The position numbers were made by a program, and so were the translations under genes. From Gammaproteobacteria bacterium (GTDB lineage: Bacteria > Pseudomonadota > Gammaproteobacteria > S012-40): DNA of 64,000 nucleotides. Within the stretch, counting starts at the first letter, position 1. Every line of letters starts with the position of its first letter. The stretch lies in the NCBI GenBank assembly GCA_027021445.1, contig JALUUH010000227.1:5738-69737 (forward strand), in the 5' to 3' direction. Shown here piece by piece: positions 32,963 to 41,506 of this stretch. A model generated the notes under the pieces. It had not been told where the DNA came from, made no database searches, and was given only the letters and a program-made list of their open reading frames with translations.

Positions 32963-33310
32963 ATGGAAAACCCAGAAGATTTAGAAAATGCATTATTTGG
33001 CCTGCAACAGAAATTCAAGGATAGCCTACCATCACGTTTTCAAGTTATGTCATCTCTATGGACGAGCATTTTAACTTCTCAAGATAATATGACGGATAAT
33101 ATCAATGAATTCCATCGAAACATTCACAGTATCACCGGAACAGCCGGAATTTTTGGTGCTGATGGAATCGGTAACGTAGCGCGTAAACTAGAAATTGTCG
33201 TTAAAGAAATGTCCCAACGCGCTACACCACCCGACTCCGACGAACAAAGCAAAATAAGTGAAATGTTAAACACCTTGATTGAAACGGGTACAAACTGGCA
33301 TCCTTCCTAG
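32963..33310 (+). CDS. Stand-alone Hpt phosphotransfer protein
   Basis: 115 aa with IHSITGTAGIFG. Sits directly after the hybrid kinase. Confidence 0.8.
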   Translation: MENPEDLENALFGLQQKFKDSLPSRFQVMSSLWTSILTSQDNMTDNINEFHRNIHSITGTAGIFGADGIGNVARKLEIVVKEMSQRATPPDSDEQSKISEMLNTLIETGTNWHPS

Positions 33311-33317
33311 GAGCATC

Positions 33318-33875
33318 TTAACCACTCTCTGTTTTAGTGATCGTCGGAATGACACCTGTCTTTTCGAGTTCATCAATAAAACCAAACTTCGTCAAATCTT
33401 TGATCCTTTGAGGGTATAAAATACCTTCTAGATGGTCAATTTCATGTTGTACTACTCGCGCATGAAAATCTTCAGCAACTACTTTACGTTTTGTGCCCAG
33501 TTGGTCATAAGCCGAATAGCGAATTTTTTTATAGCGCGGAACAAGTCCCCTCATCCCCGGTACACTTAAACACCCTTCCCAAGCAAACACCATTTCCTCA
33601 TCAAGTATCTCAATCTCAGGATTAATCAAAACTGTTTGCGGAATGGGCTCTATCTCTGGATAGCGAGGGTTTTGGTTGATACCAAAAACAATAACTCTCG
33701 ACAACACGCCTAGTTGCGGAGCGGCAATCCCGGCACCATTCGCAGCGAGCATCGTCTCCAACATATCAGTGATGAGATTCTGAGTTTCCTTGCTGTGCCG
33801 ATCAATCAGTATAGTTGATATTTCATTCAATCGGGGGTTACCCATTTTTAACAGATCTCGTTGCGCCATACACAC
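33318..33875 (-). CDS. def: Peptide deformylase
   Basis: GIAAPQLG, EGCLSVPG and QHEIDHLEG motifs. An alternative start lies at the third codon. Confidence 0.9.
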   Translation of the reverse strand: MCMAQRDLLKMGNPRLNEISTILIDRHSKETQNLITDMLETMLAANGAGIAAPQLGVLSRVIVFGINQNPRYPEIEPIPQTVLINPEIEILDEEMVFAWEGCLSVPGMRGLVPRYKKIRYSAYDQLGTKRKVVAEDFHARVVQHEIDHLEGILYPQRIKDLTKFGFIDELEKTGVIPTITKTESG

Positions 33876-33964
33876 TCCCAGCGTTCTATCTTTTTGTCAT
33901 CAATTCTTCTACAATATTATCTATTTAGTCGTTTACAAACGTTGATGAAGGCAAACAACTCTCT

Positions 33965-35038
33965 ATGAAGTATTTTAAGTTTTTGTTTGTAGTGCTTTTA
34001 GCAAGCTCAATTTCTACATCGATTTTAGCCTCTGAGAAGGCACCAAGCTGGTATCAAATCGAAGTTATAATTTTTTCACAATCTGATCAATCTGGCGTTC
34101 ATTCTGAGAACTGGCCAACCGCAAGTAGCAATAAATTACTCGCGAGTTCTGTTGATCTGACGAAACCCTTTGTAATACAATCTCAGCCCAAAACCCTCGA
34201 ACTTGCAGTCCCATTTCAAGAACTCTCTAAAAATGCTTTTGAGCTAAAACTAACTGATGCCAAACTCGAAAAGTCACCGCGCTATAAACGTTTAGTTCAT
34301 AAGGCTTGGATACAGTCTGTCGCCAGAGACCAAAAAAGCATCCCAGTATTGCTTGATGACAGTGACCACCCCACGAACGCATACCAAGCATTAGCCGATG
34401 AATCTATTCCGAATATTCCAAAGAACACACGCTCTCTCGATCGTTTACTAGACACTACGGAAAAACTGGCACAGGATTTTTTTGTTATAGAAGAATTAGA
34501 TGCCTCTATTGACTGGCCAACTTTTTTTCCAACAATGATTCCGCCCTTAGCTTCATTTGATAACGATTTAAATGATAACTGGGAGCTTTACCTTAGCGAT
34601 TTCACCCCGGAGTATGCAAATTATGCCAGTAATTTTACCCCTAGGGAGACTATGGGGCCACCTAATCACTCAGTCTTTGGAACCTTAGGTTTGCGCCTGG
34701 GGAGGTTTCTTCATTTGGAACTCGATATTATATATCGCGCTCATTTAAATCGACTAGATGAAAATATTTTAACTTCTTTCAGCCTGGAAGAATATATGGA
34801 TGACAACTCTGTAGGAGCAACTGCGCTATTATCAAATGATGCACTCAGCGCTAAAAATACGATCAATACCATTAACAATACACCCGCACTTCCTATCTTA
34901 TATCGTTTAAAGGACTCAATGCGTATAAAATCGGGCAAAATATATTATTTCGACCATCCATTATTTGGAGTAATCACAATGGTCAATAAGTATGAACTGC
35001 CACTGGAGCAAAACCCTGAGACGATTGCCGCAGAATAA
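33965..35038 (+). CDS. Secreted protein, probably CsiV-family peptidoglycan-associated protein
   Basis: Signal peptide followed by WYQIEVIIFSQ, which I recall as the hallmark start of CsiV/DUF2803 proteins. Assigned from memory only. Confidence 0.55.
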   Translation: MKYFKFLFVVLLASSISTSILASEKAPSWYQIEVIIFSQSDQSGVHSENWPTASSNKLLASSVDLTKPFVIQSQPKTLELAVPFQELSKNAFELKLTDAKLEKSPRYKRLVHKAWIQSVARDQKSIPVLLDDSDHPTNAYQALADESIPNIPKNTRSLDRLLDTTEKLAQDFFVIEELDASIDWPTFFPTMIPPLASFDNDLNDNWELYLSDFTPEYANYASNFTPRETMGPPNHSVFGTLGLRLGRFLHLELDIIYRAHLNRLDENILTSFSLEEYMDDNSVGATALLSNDALSAKNTINTINNTPALPILYRLKDSMRIKSGKIYYFDHPLFGVITMVNKYELPLEQNPETIAAE

Positions 35039-35047
35039 ACAAACCTA

Positions 35048-35127
35048 GTCGCTATTAAACGAGTTTGATCGAGAAATGTATGCATCCGGTTTGTTCGCAG
35101 TAGGTCAGTCTGTTCTCAGACAGCCTA
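35048..35127. repeat. MITE-like repeat, module A copy (inverted)
   Basis: GTCGCTATTAAACGAGTTTGATCGAGAAATGTATGCATCCGGTTTGTTCGCAGTAGGTCAGTCTGTTCTCAGACAGCCT is approximately the reverse complement of 2785-2862. Confidence 0.8.
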
Positions 35128-35294
35128 CTAGGAGCCTGTCCGAGAATAGAGAACCTACTGCGGAAAATCTATTTCGGCCCATTTTTCCGAATAAATTCGT
35201 TAAATAAAGCCCTCTATTCGCCTCATTTATTCGAAAAAATGGGTTCTAAATAACTTTCCCTCGCTACGATTTCTATTCTCGGACAGGCTCCTAG
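35128..35294. mobile_element. Intact MITE-like element (perfect 20-bp TIRs, CTAG on both flanks)
   Basis: CTAG-GGAGCCTGTCCGAGAATAGA...TCTATTCTCGGACAGGCTCC-CTAG. It has no coding capacity, and related copies occur across the window. Confidence 0.85.
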
Positions 35295-35593
35295 CTCCAG
35301 TCTTCACCATAATCATGAGTTATTTCCTGGTTACGCAATATATCCCCCATTGCTATCACACTTAAATCATCACAATAACAAGCATTCGGTGTTTTGCTAT
35401 GATTAATATACTTTAAATCACAGGTCACATGGATAGAAGTCTTGTTATCTACCCAGAGAACATGAGGGCCGTTTTGATCTGTTTTTTGGCCAACAACAAA
35501 GCCAATCACTTCACCCGCTTTTATTTTTCGGGTAGCGAATAAGCCTTTTCCATGTATTTCACTTTCTTTAACCACCGCAGTATTCTTTTTCAT
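35291..35593 (-). CDS. Minimal SET-domain protein (putative protein-lysine methyltransferase)
   Basis: 100 aa: SEIHGKGLFATRKIKAGEVI, INHSKTPN and EITHDYG match SET landmarks. The stop codon lies inside the CTAG flank of the MITE. Confidence 0.8.
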   Translation of the reverse strand: MKKNTAVVKESEIHGKGLFATRKIKAGEVIGFVVGQKTDQNGPHVLWVDNKTSIHVTCDLKYINHSKTPNACYCDDLSVIAMGDILRNQEITHDYGEDWS

Positions 35594-35627
35594 ATTTTTT
35601 GCTTGTCTATTGAGACCTTTGTTCCTA

Positions 35628-36389
35628 CTAAGAAGAAGTGATAACCACCTGTCGAATAATATTTTTTACCTGTTGCATTCCAGATTTCAAACATTGTTGA
35701 ATCATTTCCATGCTCAATACTTCTTGTGAACGACCGGCCGCCAAATTTGCAACCACAGTAATAGCTGCATATTTAAGTTCAAGCTCCTGGGCCAACGAGG
35801 CCTCTGGCATACCGGTCATGCCGACGATGTCGCAACCATCACGTTCAAGTTTATCAATTTCAGCTTTACTCTCTAAACGCGGCCCCTGAGTTGTCGCATA
35901 AGTCGCCTCTGTGCAAGCATTTATTGATAAATGATCGCATGCCTCAATAATTTTTTCTCTAACACTTGGCGCATAAGGATAAGTAAAATCAATATGGGTT
36001 ACTTCGGGTAAATCCTCCGCAAAAAAAGTACTGGGTCTTCCCCAGGTATAATCAATAATTTGGTCAGGTATAACAATCCGCTCTGCATAACAATCTGCAC
36101 GTATACCTCCTACAGCGGCAACGGCGATTATATTTTCAATATTGAGGGATTTTAATGCCCAGATATTCGCTCGATAATTTATGCGGTGCGGTGGTATCGT
36201 ATGTTGTCCCCCATGACGCGGCAGAAAAACGATTTCCTGGCCTGCCATTTCACCAAATAATAAGGGCGACGAAGGTTCTCCGAACGGCGTCTCTATATTC
36301 TGTTGCCGGGTGATTTCTAATCCCTCTAATGCGGTCAATCCCGTGCCACCGATTATTGCCAGTTTATTCATGTTCTTTTTGTGCTGCAT
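35628..36389 (-). CDS. mtnP: S-methyl-5'-thioadenosine/thioinosine phosphorylase (PNP family 2)
   Basis: IIGGTGL, FLPRHG..H.IPPH.INYRANIWALK and MTGMPEA. An alternative start MNKLAIIGG lies at 36371. Confidence 0.85.
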   Translation of the reverse strand: MQHKKNMNKLAIIGGTGLTALEGLEITRQQNIETPFGEPSSPLLFGEMAGQEIVFLPRHGGQHTIPPHRINYRANIWALKSLNIENIIAVAAVGGIRADCYAERIVIPDQIIDYTWGRPSTFFAEDLPEVTHIDFTYPYAPSVREKIIEACDHLSINACTEATYATTQGPRLESKAEIDKLERDGCDIVGMTGMPEASLAQELELKYAAITVVANLAAGRSQEVLSMEMIQQCLKSGMQQVKNIIRQVVITSS

Positions 36390-36924
36390 ATATTCCAGGT
36401 ACGTTTCTCAAATAGCCTTTATAATCCATTCCGAAGCCAAACACATAGCGATCCGGTACCTTTAAGGCATAAAAATCAGCGGCCGCTAACCCGCCTCGCC
36501 GATCATGCTGTTTATCAACAAGTACCGCACTTTTTACATCAGCTACACCACAACTTTTGCAATACTTAATAATCGCTTGAAGGGTATATCCTTCATCAAG
36601 GATATCATCAACTACCAAGACATTTCTGCCACCCAAGGGTTGCCGGGGAGAAACCAACCACTTTAATTCATTACCACTGGTTTCATCGCCATAACGAGTG
36701 GCGTGAATGTAATCCAGTTGTAACGGGAAATGAAGTTTCAATAACAATTCTGACGCAACAACGACTCCACCCGTCATCACACATAAGATGATCGGGTTAG
36801 TATCGTGAAGTGTCTGCGTGATCTGATCAGCTAACTGGGTAATAGCTGTATCAACTTGTTCGTGGGTATACAAACAATCCGCTTTATCATAAACATTTTC
36901 AACTAACTGAGGTGTAATTTTCAC
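36364..36924 (-). CDS. hpt: Hypoxanthine/guanine phosphoribosyltransferase
   Basis: PRPP-binding loop VLVVDDILDEGYTL; 186 aa type I PRTase. Confidence 0.85.
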   Translation of the reverse strand: MKITPQLVENVYDKADCLYTHEQVDTAITQLADQITQTLHDTNPIILCVMTGGVVVASELLLKLHFPLQLDYIHATRYGDETSGNELKWLVSPRQPLGGRNVLVVDDILDEGYTLQAIIKYCKSCGVADVKSAVLVDKQHDRRGGLAAADFYALKVPDRYVFGFGMDYKGYLRNVPGIYAAQKEHE

Positions 36925-37030
36925 GTATGCTCCGCGATCAAATTGCTTATGGGAAAAAGTATAAGCAAACTAGAAAATAAAAGAATTGAAAATTTGGTTA
37001 ACCAGATATTGATAATCTAGCGCTATATGG

Positions 37031-37399
37031 CTAGTAAGTAAACGTCACCGTAGCATCATCCATCGCCTCACTAATCAAATAAGCACCTCCAACGGTCTCT
37101 ACAATTTCAGGAATTAAATCATCACCCCATAAATCCAGGGTTGGAGTACAGACTTTAAAAACAACACCCGCTTCATGGGCATCCTTAATCAAGTCATATA
37201 CGTTTTTACTACTGTCTTCCTGTACATGCATCTTTTCAGCAGCACCCGTTTTTGCTAATTCTCCTGCCCGACCACTAAAAATCATCTCTACTTCAAACTC
37301 CATTGCCGCAGCAACCGTTGCTTGAAAAAAAGGAGCGCCTAATTCCGATGGATTAGCAGGGTCTGTATTAACCATTATTATCAATAACTTATCAGCCAT
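37031..37399 (-). CDS. DsrE/DsrF-like family protein
   Basis: 122 aa. The size and the pattern KLLIIMVNTDP...VFKVC...GGAYLIS resemble the DsrE-like fold. Weak assignment made by eye. Confidence 0.55.
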   Translation of the reverse strand: MADKLLIIMVNTDPANPSELGAPFFQATVAAAMEFEVEMIFSGRAGELAKTGAAEKMHVQEDSSKNVYDLIKDAHEAGVVFKVCTPTLDLWGDDLIPEIVETVGGAYLISEAMDDATVTFTY

Positions 37400-37610
37400 T
37401 ATTTTCTCCAGTCAGGGCCTTAAATCCATGTATTAAATATACTACCGTGGTAAAAATGTGTGGATTATAAGGATGCGGGGCAATTAACGCCAATTTTTTT
37501 AACATTTTCAATTTAACCTGTCATAGGGTTGTCAATTAGTAATGTGCGATGCTGAACATAACTAAACGAAAAAAGCAAAACCTAAGCCAAATATACCCCG
37601 CAAATAGATA

Positions 37611-38636
37611 TCAAAAAAGCTTGAGTCGATCTGCCCATGCAACCGCATTTATCCAGCGAGCTTGTCTGATCACGCTCGAATATTGCGGTGCTTGCTGTGC
37701 ACGCATTTTTTCAAGACGAAACGAGTTTTCATTTGAAGTATTCCAGTTAAATTGTTCGAGAACTTCGATAGCACCTCTTCTATTATTGCAGACAAGAACC
37801 ATGTCACAACCTGCGCGCATTGCCACATCTGCGCGTTGTGCAAAACTACCTGCTACATGGGCCGCTGCCATGTTTAAATCATCGCTAAACACAATGCCAT
37901 TAAACTGTAGTTGTTCACGCAATATTTTTTTTATCCACTGTTCCGAAAACCCTGCGGGTAAATGATCCACTTTCTCATAAATCACATGTGCCGGCATGAC
38001 GGCATCTAATAAATTATTTTCATTTAATTGTGAAAACGGAACCATATCACTACTCAGTAAGTCACTTAATGAACGAGTATCTACAGGTAAATCAAGATGT
38101 GAATCGGCCACCACAAACCCATGCCCCGGAAAATGCTTGCCAACATTTGCCATGCCCGCATCTCGCATACCCTTTATAAATTCAGCGGCAAGCAGAACAA
38201 CCTGGTGTGGATCAGCAGCAAAAGCTCGATCGCCAATAACCTCACTATGCCCATAATCCAGATCTAAGACCGGGGCAAAACTAAAGTCAATCCCACAAGC
38301 AAGCAACTCTATCGCCATTAACCATCCCATCGCAAAACTTGCTTGTAGCGCATCACTTGGACTTTTTTGGTAGGCAACGCCTAACTTCCCACATGCAGGA
38401 ATAGGGGTAAAACCCTCACGAAACCGTTGCACTCTACCGCCTTCATGATCAACACAAACGAGTAAATTTTTACGTAGGGATCTGAGCTCCTTGGTTAACT
38501 CAGTTATTTGTTCTCTGGATTCAAAATTTCGGGTAAAATAAATCAAACCACCGATCAATGGATGTTGTATGATTTCACGCTCTTCTGCAGATAAAGAAGT
38601 ATGCTCTAAATCAATCATAACCGGTCCTAACTTCAT
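37611..38636 (-). CDS. nagZ: Beta-N-acetylhexosaminidase NagZ
   Basis: GH3 motifs: VDHEGGRVQRF, KHFPGHG and FSDDLNM. Confidence 0.92.
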   Translation of the reverse strand: MKLGPVMIDLEHTSLSAEEREIIQHPLIGGLIYFTRNFESREQITELTKELRSLRKNLLVCVDHEGGRVQRFREGFTPIPACGKLGVAYQKSPSDALQASFAMGWLMAIELLACGIDFSFAPVLDLDYGHSEVIGDRAFAADPHQVVLLAAEFIKGMRDAGMANVGKHFPGHGFVVADSHLDLPVDTRSLSDLLSSDMVPFSQLNENNLLDAVMPAHVIYEKVDHLPAGFSEQWIKKILREQLQFNGIVFSDDLNMAAAHVAGSFAQRADVAMRAGCDMVLVCNNRRGAIEVLEQFNWNTSNENSFRLEKMRAQQAPQYSSVIRQARWINAVAWADRLKLF

Positions 38637-38650
38637 AGCCTCTTACCTCT

Positions 38651-39448
38651 TTAGCTTTTTTTGCTTCTCACGTCCAATGCATCGCGCAATCGATCGCCTA
38701 ATAAATTAATGGCCAATACAATTAACATCATCGCAATACCGGGCACAATGACCATGTGGGGTGCAACCAGCATATAGCTTGTGCCATCTCTTATCATGCT
38801 TCCCCATGACGCCGCAGGAGGCTGAACACCGAGCCCTAAAAATGACAAACTTGCTTCGGCAATCACCGCACCCGCAATTCCAAATGTCGCCTCAACAATT
38901 AAAGGTGCGCTGATCAGCGGTATTAAGTGACGACTAATAATTCTTGTGGGCGGAGTACCTAGGGAGATCGCAGCAGTCACATGATCTCTATGCTTTACAG
39001 TGAGTACCTGAGCACGAGCTAACCGGGCATAACCAACCCAGCCAACAACGGATAATGCGATGACAACATTTTCTATCCCTGGCCCCATTATCCCAGCCAA
39101 GGCAATCGCCAATAATATACCCGGTACAGCGAGAAATATGTCAATGATTCTAACAATAAGTTGATCAACCCAGCCACCCACATAAGCACTCACCGACCCG
39201 ATGGTGGTGCCGATCAATAGCGAAATAAACATCACACCAAATGCAACAAAAAATGAAGTCTTAGCACCAACAACTAATCGATCCCAAATAGGTCGCCCTA
39301 AGTCATCGTGTCCTAACCATGCTTCACTATTTGGGCCATGTAGTATTTTTTCGAGGTTTATTTCATCCGGCTGCAACGGCAGAACCGGCCCCAGAATGGC
39401 AAGTAAAGCCCAAACCACAACAATGATAATGGGGAATGCTGGCAACAC
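38651..39448 (-). CDS. ABC transporter permease, DppC/OppC type
   Basis: Six-TM BPD permease with the EAA-loop region EASLSFLGLGVQPP. Confidence 0.9.
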   Translation of the reverse strand: MLPAFPIIIVVVWALLAILGPVLPLQPDEINLEKILHGPNSEAWLGHDDLGRPIWDRLVVGAKTSFFVAFGVMFISLLIGTTIGSVSAYVGGWVDQLIVRIIDIFLAVPGILLAIALAGIMGPGIENVVIALSVVGWVGYARLARAQVLTVKHRDHVTAAISLGTPPTRIISRHLIPLISAPLIVEATFGIAGAVIAEASLSFLGLGVQPPAASWGSMIRDGTSYMLVAPHMVIVPGIAMMLIVLAINLLGDRLRDALDVRSKKS

Positions 39449-40377
39449 TAATTTTCATCCCCTATTCTGATCCGCGGATCTATCGCGGCATATACAATAT
39501 CGGTACAAATATTGACAATGACATAGCTCAAACTAATGAGCAAAACACAGGCTTGTACCACCGGGTAATCCCGACTCTTAATCGCATCTATGGTTAATTG
39601 CCCAATTCCAGGCCAGGAGAATACCGTTTCGGTAATAACAGCCCCTCCAAGTAGCGTTCCCAATTGTAAGCCTAGAATGGTAATGACCGGTAATAGTGCG
39701 TTACTCAACGCATGACGCGTGACGACGACCGTTTCACTCAAACCTTTCGCGCGTGCGGTTCTAATATAATCTTCATGCAATATTTCTAACATCGTACTGC
39801 GAATCATACGCGCCAGTATGGCCGCCATTGCGGTTCCTAAAGTCAGTGCAGGTAAAATCAATGATAAAAAACCGTCTTTGCCACTGACCGGAAACAAACC
39901 TAGCCAAAGTGAAAAAACCAAGATCAAAATAGGACCCATCCAAAAGTTGGGAATCGAAAGCCCAAGCAATGAAACACCCATCGAAAGATGATCCCAGGCG
40001 CTACCTTTTTTAACTGCGGCTAAAATACCGAGAGGTACTGCGATAATGATTGCAATCAATAGGGAAAACAAAGCGAGTTGCGCCGTTGCGGGAATTCGCT
40101 CTACTAAGATAGAGGTGATTGGCCGATGAGAATGAATGGAAGTCCCTAAATCCAAAGTAAAAAGGCCGCTGAGATAATTCCATAATTGAATATGAATAGG
40201 CAAGTCTAAGCCCAGCGCAGCCCGAAGTAAATCTCTATCCGCTGGCCTTGCAGACTCACCCAGCATAATTTCGACAGGATCACCTGGAATTAAATGAATC
40301 AGCAAAAACACTAGAATAATAACGCCTAACACCACAAAAAAGGCGCTAAACAGTCGGCTAATGATATAATTCAACAT
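39448..40377 (-). CDS. ABC transporter permease, DppB/OppB type
   Basis: MLNYIISRLFSAFFVVLGVIILVFLLIHLIPGDP and YIRTARAKGLSE are typical of DppB/OppB. Confidence 0.9.
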   Translation of the reverse strand: MLNYIISRLFSAFFVVLGVIILVFLLIHLIPGDPVEIMLGESARPADRDLLRAALGLDLPIHIQLWNYLSGLFTLDLGTSIHSHRPITSILVERIPATAQLALFSLLIAIIIAVPLGILAAVKKGSAWDHLSMGVSLLGLSIPNFWMGPILILVFSLWLGLFPVSGKDGFLSLILPALTLGTAMAAILARMIRSTMLEILHEDYIRTARAKGLSETVVVTRHALSNALLPVITILGLQLGTLLGGAVITETVFSWPGIGQLTIDAIKSRDYPVVQACVLLISLSYVIVNICTDIVYAAIDPRIRIGDEN

Positions 40378-40408
40378 AAGATCATGATGGTAAATCCAGC
40401 AAAGCTTA

Positions 40409-40975
40409 TTACATCACCTGAACACATGCATGGTCATCAATCCTATCCCAAAAATCTTGAACCTTTCTCAGCAAAGCATATAAACGTTCAAAACTACCCG
40501 AGGTAATAATGCAAAACTTAATATCCCTATCAGTGCTCTTAAGCTCGTAAGTATATAAATGATCCTCTTTCTCAAGTAATCTATCTCGCCCCGGAGGAAT
40601 TCTAGCGTCTTTAAAAGCAATTTGCGGTTTTTGATGATTAATTGCAATCGCCAAACCGGTATAGATCGGCCGTGTGGTGGATACTTTAAATGAGATTAAA
40701 TCACCTAACTGAGCCTTACGCTGTAACTCAATCAGTTTTCCATCTGAACTTTTTAGAAAAGCACCCAACTTAACGGGAATAACGCCTTTTTGTTTGTTGA
40801 CGGATGCAAAGCGCGCGAATGGAGACACGCTACTATTAATAATAACCACCGATATACCGATCAACAACACCATCAGCGACAGCGTAAGAATAGTACTTTT
40901 ACGCATTATTTGTCGTGCGGATTGTTTAGCCTTGCGAATTGACTGCGCCGAAGGTTCTTCTGATTCTGGTTGCAT
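40409..40975 (-). CDS. Membrane-anchored hypothetical protein
   Basis: Basic N-terminus, one TM helix (ILTLSLMVLLIGISVVII), then an extracytoplasmic domain of about 130 aa. Lies 31 nt upstream of the permease genes. Confidence 0.55.
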   Translation of the reverse strand: MQPESEEPSAQSIRKAKQSARQIMRKSTILTLSLMVLLIGISVVIINSSVSPFARFASVNKQKGVIPVKLGAFLKSSDGKLIELQRKAQLGDLISFKVSTTRPIYTGLAIAINHQKPQIAFKDARIPPGRDRLLEKEDHLYTYELKSTDRDIKFCIITSGSFERLYALLRKVQDFWDRIDDHACVQVM

Positions 40976-41064
40976 AGTTAACTCCGTTTCAATTCTACTA
41001 ATTAGCCAATAGGGATGGATCGAGGTTTATCCGCATTCTTTCGATTCAAATCGACCTGTTGTGC

Positions 41065-41505
41065 CTAACACGTCTGCACAACGGGTAAAACGTTTTGCTC
41101 ACGAAAACGTATATAATCCGCTAAAATCTTAGCATGATCAAAAGCCAATAATTGCGGAATTTCATCCATCGTAAATAAACCGATGCTTTTTGCATCATCC
41201 TTAGCCATTGCTTCGCCCTGTCCAGTAGCGATATAAACAACACTCACCGTATGCCCTCGTGAATCACGCCGTGGATCGGAGTAACACGCTAAAAGCTGAA
41301 TCAGCTTCACCGCTAAATTGGTTTCTTCTTCCGCCTCCCGGCACGCAGCGGATTGCAAGTTTTCACCGACATCAACAAAACCACCTGGAATAGCCCAGCC
41401 AAATGGCTGATACTTTCTTTCGATGAGAACAATGGGCTTGTTTTCTATAAAAGGTAGTTCAATAATAATATCCACCGTTAGCGCAGGTGTCAGCGGCCTT
41501 GTCAC
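41065..41505 (-). CDS. NUDIX hydrolase
   Basis: Nudix box GFVDVGENLQSAACREAEEETNL; 146 aa. The start lies 1 nt after the stop of the upstream gene. Confidence 0.85.
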   Translation of the reverse strand: MTRPLTPALTVDIIIELPFIENKPIVLIERKYQPFGWAIPGGFVDVGENLQSAACREAEEETNLAVKLIQLLACYSDPRRDSRGHTVSVVYIATGQGEAMAKDDAKSIGLFTMDEIPQLLAFDHAKILADYIRFREQNVLPVVQTC

Positions 41506-41506
41506 G

